NCBI GenBank assembly: GCA_049584315.1
Contig: JBAUXO010000355.1
Coordinates: forward strand, 87,558 to 151,557
Length of the DNA: 64,000 bases
Origin: Candidatus Sulfotelmatobacter sp.
GTDB lineage: Bacteria; Acidobacteriota; Terriglobia; Terriglobales; Acidobacteriaceae
Reading direction: 5' to 3'
How positions within the stretch are numbered: the stretch's first letter is position 1; each line of letters starts with the position of its first letter. A program made the position numbers and the translations under genes. The notes below the pieces were generated by a model. It worked only from the letters and a program-made list of their open reading frames with translations, was not told the origin of the DNA and did not search any database. Positions 57,574 to 64,000 of this stretch are shown piece after piece.

Positions 57574-58272
57574 TCATCGCGTGAACTCCAGTTTCCGTAT
57601 GGCGGGGAGAGTAGTCAATTCTTGGACTGCAGCGGGAAGATCAGCGTCTTCGTGTTTACCTTTCCATTCCACCTTCCAACCATAAACTCGATTCGCGCCA
57701 GGTGAATTCTCGGCGTTGACAGTGGGTTGCGTTCCAAAGAGACCTGCTTGGCTGAGCAGCGTCGCAATCTCGCTCTGAGTCGGTCCGTCAGCTGCAACCG
57801 TTATCGCAAGTGTCCCGCTGTGTCGTCTCGGTATTCGAATTTCAATCTTCTTCATTCCTGCCAGAACCAGGAATCCCAGCGCAAAACCAACCAAGCCGAG
57901 TCCAAGCTGTCCACCTCCGAAACAAAGGCCCATGACAGTGACAAACCAGATGGTGGCAGCAGTCGTTACTCCTACCGCAAGGTCGCCGCGCCTCAGGATG
58001 GCACCCCCTCCGATGAATCCAATGCCTGAAAGAATACCGAGTGGAAGTCGCATGATATCCATTGTGACAAATGAATCCGGCGGCCTTCCATTCGAATTTA
58101 GCAGCCAATTCGCTTGGATCATGGCGAGGCAGGCAGCAAGACCTACCAGCAGATTTGTGCGGAAACCTGCTGGGCGACCCCGTTCATCGCGATCCACTCC
58201 TAGCACACCTGCGCATACGGCGGTCAGCACCAAACGCAACGTAATTGCTTGCCAGGTCAGAGTGATGGGCAT
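57574..58272 (-). CDS. MgtC/SapB-family membrane protein with C-terminal ACT-like domain
   Basis: From ORF 57574..58347. The ATG at 58272 follows GAGGAAG. ITLRLVLTAVCAGVLGVDRDERGRPAGFRTNLLVGLAACL. Confidence 0.8.
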   Translation of the reverse strand: MPITLTWQAITLRLVLTAVCAGVLGVDRDERGRPAGFRTNLLVGLAACLAMIQANWLLNSNGRPPDSFVTMDIMRLPLGILSGIGFIGGGAILRRGDLAVGVTTAATIWFVTVMGLCFGGGQLGLGLVGFALGFLVLAGMKKIEIRIPRRHSGTLAITVAADGPTQSEIATLLSQAGLFGTQPTVNAENSPGANRVYGWKVEWKGKHEDADLPAAVQELTTLPAIRKLEFTR

Positions 58273-58423
58273 AATTGCTTCCTCATATTTCTCCCGAAGA
58301 ACCGAATTGTGACCCACTGAGAAGTAGGACCGTCCCCAAGCTCTCAATCGGCGCTGCAGCGATATTTCTACAGCTAGGCATAATGGATTGACGCCGACAG
58401 TTTCCTTCGACAGTAGTCGATGG

Positions 58424-59356
58424 TCAGGGAAAAACTGAAAACAAGTCCTTCAGGTCCGATTGGGTTGCCGCATTGCCCAGGTAGGGCGCGACCCCAAAGA
58501 TCTCCTCGACGCTTCGCAGCAAGGCACCATGATCGTAATGAACGGAGTTGCTATAGCCCTTGTCTTTGGCAAACGGTGAAAGAACGATCATTCCGATCGG
58601 CCCGTCCCCGATATCGGCTTCGTCCCAGGTGATGAAAACCGCTCCGCCGTCCCGATAAGCTTGCGAATTCAGAATTTGCGGCAGGCATTTCGCGAGCCAG
58701 GCGTCGCCTTGGGCGACTTTGTTGTAAGAAGGGGCGCAACTGTCGTGCATGTCGTCGCACACGTTGGGAGTGATGAAGTTGTATCGCGCGACGGAATTGT
58801 TCGCCAGATCCTTGGCCAACTCCTCGAACGGGCGGACGTGTTCGATACAGTAGGAGGAACTGATATTTTTCTTATCGGTTACGTCATCGAAATAAACGAA
58901 CGGGTCGTGGCGCACGGCGTAGGGATATTTATTCGAAAGAGGACAGTCCTCTCCCGAGATATTTTCTTCATAGGCGCGCCAGGTTATGCCTCCGCCGGGC
59001 GCGTGCTTCAAAAGCGTTACCAGGTGTTGTGAACTGGACTGGCTATCGGCCAGCGGTGGCCGGTCATCAAGGATTCCGAAATTCGTGCCGGCCTCAATCC
59101 AGATGTAGTTGGGCAGACTGGGATGATTGTTTCGAGGGTTGAAGTACTGCTCCGCGTGGGACGCCATGGGCAAGAGCGTTTGGTTCATGTAAGGCGCAGA
59201 CTTGTTGCCCTTGATGGATGACCAGTTCTGGTTCTCCATCACGATCACCCACACGGTTTTGATGTGTTGCCCCGAAGAGGCAGGTCGACGATCTGCCGCC
59301 AGCGCACTGGCGACCAATGCGGCTAGCGCAAGTACTTTCGCGATTTGTCGAGTCAT
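58424..59356 (-). CDS. Secreted phosphoesterase-family protein (acid phosphatase/phospholipase C-like)
   Basis: From ORF 58424..59386. The internal Met gives signal peptide MTRQIAKVLALAALVASALA. IKTVWVIVMENQNWSSI and NHPSLPNYIWIEAGTNFG. Confidence 0.75.
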   Translation of the reverse strand: MTRQIAKVLALAALVASALAADRRPASSGQHIKTVWVIVMENQNWSSIKGNKSAPYMNQTLLPMASHAEQYFNPRNNHPSLPNYIWIEAGTNFGILDDRPPLADSQSSSQHLVTLLKHAPGGGITWRAYEENISGEDCPLSNKYPYAVRHDPFVYFDDVTDKKNISSSYCIEHVRPFEELAKDLANNSVARYNFITPNVCDDMHDSCAPSYNKVAQGDAWLAKCLPQILNSQAYRDGGAVFITWDEADIGDGPIGMIVLSPFAKDKGYSNSVHYDHGALLRSVEEIFGVAPYLGNAATQSDLKDLFSVFP

Positions 59357-59578
59357 CTTTCTATTTTGCTCCGAGATCGACCACACTGAGCATGCATTTC
59401 TATTCTGCAGTCCCCGCTTTCAGGGAAGCGGTAGTAGAAATCAACGCCTTTGTGGTGAAGAGAGCTACACATTTGCCAGAGTTCAAACGGTGGTCTCCTG
59501 GGTTTCAAGGTTCACTGATTTCGGTTGCAAAGACTGTACTCACCTCATCTTAGGGCATCGGTTCCATCATCGGAAAAA

Positions 59579-59985
59579 ATGGCTTTGGCTCAAAGCTGGT
59601 ATAAACGTCTTCCTGTTTGGCAGCTTATTGCGGTTCTGTGCGTACAGGTGTATGCGCAGAATCCTGCGCCGGTTCTCGAATCCGCGCGCGGACCGAACCC
59701 CCGGGCCAAGAAAAGAAACGGTACGTCGTGCTCGTTTCTTTCGACGAGTTCCGCTACGACTACACCGAACGGTATGGCGCAAAGAATCTGCACGCTCCCG
59801 CAACTCAGGGAGCAGGCGCTCCAGAGGGAATGGGTCCGGTCTATCCGGCGCTCACTTTTCCCAATCATTATTCGATCGTAACTGGGCTTTATCCGGAGCA
59901 TCACGGAATCGTCGCCATGAGTTTTTACGACCCGAAACGCAAACAGCGATACGCCTTCAATGATTCCTCCACCAACATCCCGTAG
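59579..59985 (+). pseudogene. Nucleotide pyrophosphatase/phosphodiesterase (NPP, type I phosphodiesterase) pseudogene: frameshifted and 3'-truncated
   Basis: The signal peptide frame (MALAQSWYKRLPVWQLIAVLCVQVYAQ) shifts near 59700 into KKRYVVLVSFDEFRYDYTERYGAKNLH...LTFPNHYSIVTGLYPEHHGIVAMSFYDP. It stops after about 130 residues, 1 nt before the ggt-2 stop. Confidence 0.7.
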
Positions 59986-59986
59986 T

Positions 59987-61675
59987 TCACTTGGTAGTCG
60001 GTTCCTGCGGAATCGCTTCACCATCGGAACGGGGATCGGCGCCGGCAAAGTTCACATTTCGTTTCATGTCTCTCACGACCGCCTCACCCTGGCCTACCGT
60101 GAAGGAAAATGGCTCAAGCAATTCAATCTGGTGCCCACGTTTCGTCAATTCGTCTCTTACGGATTGCAGAATCGTGTTTTCCATCTGTACGTCGCAGCCT
60201 TCAAAAGTTCCTTTCGTAAACCTTGGCTGCTCCAACGCTGCTTGCACGTTCATTCCATAATCCACCACGTTTGCGACAAACTGCGCGTGCGCCTGAGCCT
60301 GGTTCCACCCTCCCATGATGCCGAACCCGATGTGAATGTCATCCTTCTCCATGAATGCCGGAATAATCGTGTGCAGCGGACGCTTATGTCCGGCCAGCGA
60401 ATTCGGAAGCCCCGGTGTCAACTGAAATCCCGCGCCGCGGTTTTGAAAGGAAAAGCCGAGCCCCGGAGCGACCATTCCGGTGCCGTAGCCAGCGTAGTTA
60501 CTCTGGATCAGCGAAACGATATTTCCGTCCTTGTCGATCGCCGAAAGGTAGATCGTCGAATTGCCGTGAGCGTCGAGCATTTTCTCAATGTCGGAAGGGA
60601 TCACTTCGCACGCGGCCTTATCCATCTGGATGAGCGCCGCACGCTTCTTCGCCAGGTCCTTTGAGAGCATCTCCCTCACCGGAACCGGCGTGAATCGCGG
60701 ATCGCCGACATATTTATACATATCCGCGTAAGCCAACTTCTTCGCCTCGATCATGATATGCAACGCGTCCGAGGAGTTGTGCGCATACTGTCCAAGCGGA
60801 AACTGCTCCATGATGTTCAACATCGTTAATGCGGCAATTCCTTGCCCATTCGGTGGCAGTTCGTAGACGGTCCATCCGCGATACGTGGTCGAGATCGGCT
60901 CGACCCACTCCGGCTGAAAATCGTGAAAATCTTCGAGCGTGTGCGTACCACCCTGCGCCTGCAGGAATTTCACCATCGTTTCGGTCATTGGGCCGTCGTA
61001 GAAAGCGTTGCGGCCATGCTCGGCCACTTGCCTAAGCGAATTGGCCAGCACCGTATTCTTGAATTCATCGCCCACCTTCGGTGCGACGCCGTGGGGCACA
61101 TACGTCTCTTTGTAGCCCGGTTGCTGCATCAAACTCTTCGCGACCCAGTAGCGCGCGTTCCTCTCAGCCAGCGGAAATCCATTCTGTGCATAGTAAATCG
61201 CGGGCGCGAGGATCTCGGAGAAAGGCAGCGTGCCGAACCTGCCGCGCAACGCATCCCATCCCGCGACGGTACCGGGAATGTCGATGGTTTCCACGCCGAT
61301 GGGATTGATGTGATCGACGCCGCGCGATTTCAAATATTCGATGGTGAGCCCTTTGGGTGTCCAACCGCTGGAGTTCAATCCATAGATCTTCCCCGTCTTC
61401 GCGTCATAGTAAATTGCGAATAGGTCTCCGCCCATGCCGTTCACATACGGTTGCACTACACCCATAACCGCGTTGGCGGCAATTGCGGCGTCAACGGCGT
61501 TGCCGCCCTGTTCCAGAATGTGCGCACCGGCCTGGGAGGCGAGAAATTGCGGAGCCGCCACAATTCCCAGCTTCGTCACAACCATCGATCTTCCTTGGCC
61601 AGGGACGGAAGAAAACTGTTGAGCCGCAACTGTGGAACAAAGTGAAATCATGACGGTAGCAATAATGATCTTCAT
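59987..61675 (-). CDS. ggt: Gamma-glutamyltransferase, paralog 2
   Basis: From ORF 59987..61729. The ATG at 61675 gives signal peptide MKIIIATVMISLCSTVAAQ. ASQAGAHILEQGGNAVDAAIAANAVMGVVQPYVNGMGGD, the nucleophile context NSTIYLSAIDKDGN, and GFGIMGGWNQ. It is colinear with 5301-6980. Confidence 0.9.
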   Translation of the reverse strand: MKIIIATVMISLCSTVAAQQFSSVPGQGRSMVVTKLGIVAAPQFLASQAGAHILEQGGNAVDAAIAANAVMGVVQPYVNGMGGDLFAIYYDAKTGKIYGLNSSGWTPKGLTIEYLKSRGVDHINPIGVETIDIPGTVAGWDALRGRFGTLPFSEILAPAIYYAQNGFPLAERNARYWVAKSLMQQPGYKETYVPHGVAPKVGDEFKNTVLANSLRQVAEHGRNAFYDGPMTETMVKFLQAQGGTHTLEDFHDFQPEWVEPISTTYRGWTVYELPPNGQGIAALTMLNIMEQFPLGQYAHNSSDALHIMIEAKKLAYADMYKYVGDPRFTPVPVREMLSKDLAKKRAALIQMDKAACEVIPSDIEKMLDAHGNSTIYLSAIDKDGNIVSLIQSNYAGYGTGMVAPGLGFSFQNRGAGFQLTPGLPNSLAGHKRPLHTIIPAFMEKDDIHIGFGIMGGWNQAQAHAQFVANVVDYGMNVQAALEQPRFTKGTFEGCDVQMENTILQSVRDELTKRGHQIELLEPFSFTVGQGEAVVRDMKRNVNFAGADPRSDGEAIPQEPTTK

Positions 61676-61688
61676 AAAAATGGTCCCT

Positions 61689-61994
61689 TCAGAATCCTGG
61701 AAGGTCAAGGTGAGCCACAAAGCTCTCAATCACTTCCACAACGCCATCGATATTCAGCGGGTGGTTCTCGTCGTAAGGAGAATCGCCGCAACCGGGGTTA
61801 TCTGCACAGACTAAGCGAAATGATTGAAGCTCGGGAACCGAAGTCATCTCCATAAAATCTGTCTTTGAGCAGCCCAGTCCGTGAAGGTACAGAATCTTGG
61901 GCCCTGAACCTGGCCGGTCAAAGTAACAGAGCGTATGGGATCGTCCCGCCGCGATCTCGGTCATTTCTAAACTTTGCGACGATCGATTTGTCAT
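61689..61994 (-). pseudogene. Alpha/beta-hydrolase N-terminal fragment (stops before the nucleophile elbow)
   Basis: 101 aa. ...GPKILYLHGLGCSKTDFMEM...RLVCADNPGCGDSPYDE...VIESFVAHLDLPGF-stop, 13 nt upstream of the ggt-2 start. Confidence 0.55.
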
Positions 61995-62253
61995 GGTTCA
62001 GCGACTCGTCCGCTTGGGAACGCGCGCGACACGCAAGCAGTCACTTTATCAGTGCGCCGCATCGAGTTTCTTGAGTACTTCCTGGACGTCGCGGCGAATC
62101 TCACCGCGATACTGCTCTGTATCGGTCCGGGAAGACGCTGGGACGGTGTGACCGCGATTAGCACGAACCCAGACCGCTGCATCGCAAATTTTCTCCTTTA
62201 GATCGACAATAGCTTACTAAAAAACAGATCCAAGTGATGCTACGATGCCTGAA

Positions 62254-64000
62254 TCAGCGCGTCGCGCCGAGCTGCTTGAGGTTCTGCTGCGCGCTGTCAC
62301 GGATCAATTTGCGCCGCGCCTCCGTATCGGACCATGACGACGCCGGCGCTGTGTGAGATTCCAGCAGGGCCAATGCCTTTTCGGCAGTCTGACGCGCCAG
62401 ATCTTTCTGCCCGTCCGACAAATAAGCGTCGGACAGGCTATCCCATGCGTCGGCCGAGTCCGGATAGGCAGCGACGACCAGCTTCATGATCTCGACCCCT
62501 ATCTTGGTCTCGCCCACGGCCATATGGTCGTAGCCCAGGATGGTGACAACAATCTCCGGAAACAACTGCGCCTTCGGATCGTTGCGCCGCGCCTCTTCCA
62601 GTTGCTTTGTCACGTGAGCTACTCCTCCCGGAGGCTCGAGTTGATCGAGGATTGACGCGGACGCCAAAGGCTGCGCCGGAGCGTGGCCTGGTGTCGTGAT
62701 CAGGGTGGTCACAAACCAATCCACGATAATGCCGGGCAGCTCAGGATGAGTCTTGAACAAATCGGTGCCGTGGGTTCCGACGGCGGGAATTCCGGTGTCT
62801 TCAAAACCATTCCAGGGAGCCTTCTTAGCCGCCGCGTAGTGCACGAGCCGCTTGCCCGGGTTGGAGCTGACGCCGTAGATCCATTCCATCACTTCATCGG
62901 TGGGAGGGTCTTCATCATCGTCGGCCACGACGAACAGCCCCGGCAGTTGCGATGCCTGCCGCAGGAATTGCAGACCAGGCAAAAAGGTTTCTCCAGAAAG
63001 CAACGCCAGCGATTTCACCTCAGTGGAATGCCGGCGCGCGGTTAAGACCGCGTTATCGACGCCCAGTACTCCGGCCCCTCCCAGGCCGATGACGTCTCCA
63101 TTAACTCCTGGTTGCGAGACCAAGTATTGCCAGGCTGTATCAATGTCATCCGCCCATATTTTCTTTACTGGCTTGTCCTCGCGCGAAGAGAGTTGACGCT
63201 TGCCGCCGGTTTCGCCATAACCGCGCATATCGAGGGTAAGGGTGTTGATTCCAGCCGCCGCCAGTTGGCCGGCAAGATCACCCCAGGACTTGCGGTCACG
63301 GTTGCCCTGATGCAGCAGCAACACGCCGGGACCGGGCTTGGCTGCGGCAAAGTAGCCGGCCTTCAGGATGGTGCCATCGGACGCTTTCAGGTCAACCACC
63401 CGTGCAGCGGGCTGCTGCTGCGATTCCTGCGCCTGATTCCTCCGCGAATCCGGTGGCACCAGATTGTTCGCGCGGTAGTAGACCACAAGCTGCCCGTAGT
63501 GCTCACCGCTGTGCTCGATGGCGAACGTCCAGATGTAGGAGTTGTGGGCCATCCGTCTCCCGAAGAACTTCGATGTTTTGTCCAGCCCTGCGTCGCCCTG
63601 CTGTTGAATGACTTTCGCTCCGTCGGCGACGGCCTCCTGCACGAACTTGACGACGTCGGCCTTGGTCTTAAAAGCGTCACGCGAAGGATTGTCGCCCTCG
63701 CCGAAATCAGGCCCGAGGTTGGATCCGGAAATCCTCCGTATCAGGACAAAATCCAGTGCCGCGGCGTGGAGAAGATTCTCGGCAAAGGCACGCTCGTCTT
63801 TCTGCAGCTTGAAGTCGTATTTGTCCTCGGGAAAATCCTGAGCCATCGCGACAAGTTTGTTCCCGATGTCGTTCCACCTGTCTAACATCTCGTCGGATCG
63901 GGAGCGCGCCGGACTCGGAGCCTGATTCTGTGTTTGGCCCTGACTTCCAAGGCACGTTCCGGCGAGGGCAAGCAATATCACAGCAGCTAGCGCAAGCCCA
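62254..64000 (-). CDS. Secreted fusion protein: DinB-like domain + alpha/beta-hydrolase (dienelactone-hydrolase-like) fold + C-terminal TPR-like helical region; 5' end at or just beyond the window edge
   Basis: The reading frame stays open to position 64000 (GLALAAVILLALAGTCLGSQ is a signal peptide). DinB-like: DRWNDIGNKLVAMAQDFPEDKYDF...EHSGEHYGQLVVYYR. Hydrolase fold: GVLLLHQGNRDRKSWGDLAGQLAAAGINTLTLDMRGYGETGG...LFVVADDDED. Tail: PDSADAWDSLSDAYLSDGQKDLARQTAEKALALL. Confidence 0.75.
   Translation of the reverse strand, partial: GLALAAVILLALAGTCLGSQGQTQNQAPSPARSRSDEMLDRWNDIGNKLVAMAQDFPEDKYDFKLQKDERAFAENLLHAAALDFVLIRRISGSNLGPDFGEGDNPSRDAFKTKADVVKFVQEAVADGAKVIQQQGDAGLDKTSKFFGRRMAHNSYIWTFAIEHSGEHYGQLVVYYRANNLVPPDSRRNQAQESQQQPAARVVDLKASDGTILKAGYFAAAKPGPGVLLLHQGNRDRKSWGDLAGQLAAAGINTLTLDMRGYGETGGKRQLSSREDKPVKKIWADDIDTAWQYLVSQPGVNGDVIGLGGAGVLGVDNAVLTARRHSTEVKSLALLSGETFLPGLQFLRQASQLPGLFVVADDDEDPPTDEVMEWIYGVSSNPGKRLVHYAAAKKAPWNGFEDTGIPAVGTHGTDLFKTHPELPGIIVDWFVTTLITTPGHAPAQPLASASILDQLEPPGGVAHVTKQLEEARRNDPKAQLFPEIVVTILGYDHMAVGETKIGVEIMKLVVAAYPDSADAWDSLSDAYLSDGQKDLARQTAEKALALLESHTAPASSWSDTEARRKLIRDSAQQNLKQLGATR

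Noticed and set aside
1-64000. Search for CRISPR arrays, rRNA, tRNA, retron/DGR reverse transcriptases and multi-gene defence systems
   Set aside because: No regularly spaced direct repeats, rRNA/tRNA-like structures, reverse-transcriptase ORFs or recognisable defence gene sets were seen. The only toxin-antitoxin module is vapBC.

Overview
The window looks like a chromosomal segment from an Acidobacteria-like genome. This is inferred from three 1150-1290 aa TonB-dependent-type outer-membrane proteins with carboxypeptidase-regulatory-like N-termini, a TIGR03118-like protein and winged-helix+TPR regulators. No rRNA, tRNA or CRISPR array was found. Layout: (1) 1-18.5 kb holds an export-only catabolic locus. 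It has two giant TonB-dependent receptors (TBDRs), a gamma-glutamyltransferase, four paralogous Tat-exported FAD oxidoreductases that I recognise as SpdH (spermidine dehydrogenase)-like, an NTF2-like protein and a MerR+XRE+cupin (PuuR-like) regulator. Its three transcription units share a conserved promoter block. (2) 18.5-30.8 kb is a mosaic 10.8 kb segment bracketed by two inverted, decayed IS110-family relics whose 3' non-coding tails are far better conserved than their transposase ORFs. It also contains a palindromic repeat pair and a probable truncated group II intron just after a terminator. (3) 31.5-37.2 kb is a copper/metal module: multicopper oxidase overlapping a TolC-like OMP, cytochrome c, a His/Cys/Met-rich protein, a half-ZIP and TetR. 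(4) 39.8-41.5 kb is a gene graveyard. (5) 41.8-51.9 kb is a GntR-controlled TBDR/glycosidase/ROK kinase/SIS/MFS sugar or amino-sugar utilisation locus. (6) 52-62 kb contains vapBC, an IS21 istB relic fused to an amidohydrolase fragment, a LysR-MFS divergon, a decayed UPF0182 gene, MgtC, a phosphoesterase, and a second GGT wedged between two truncated genes. All family assignments come from motif recognition by eye, because no searches were possible.
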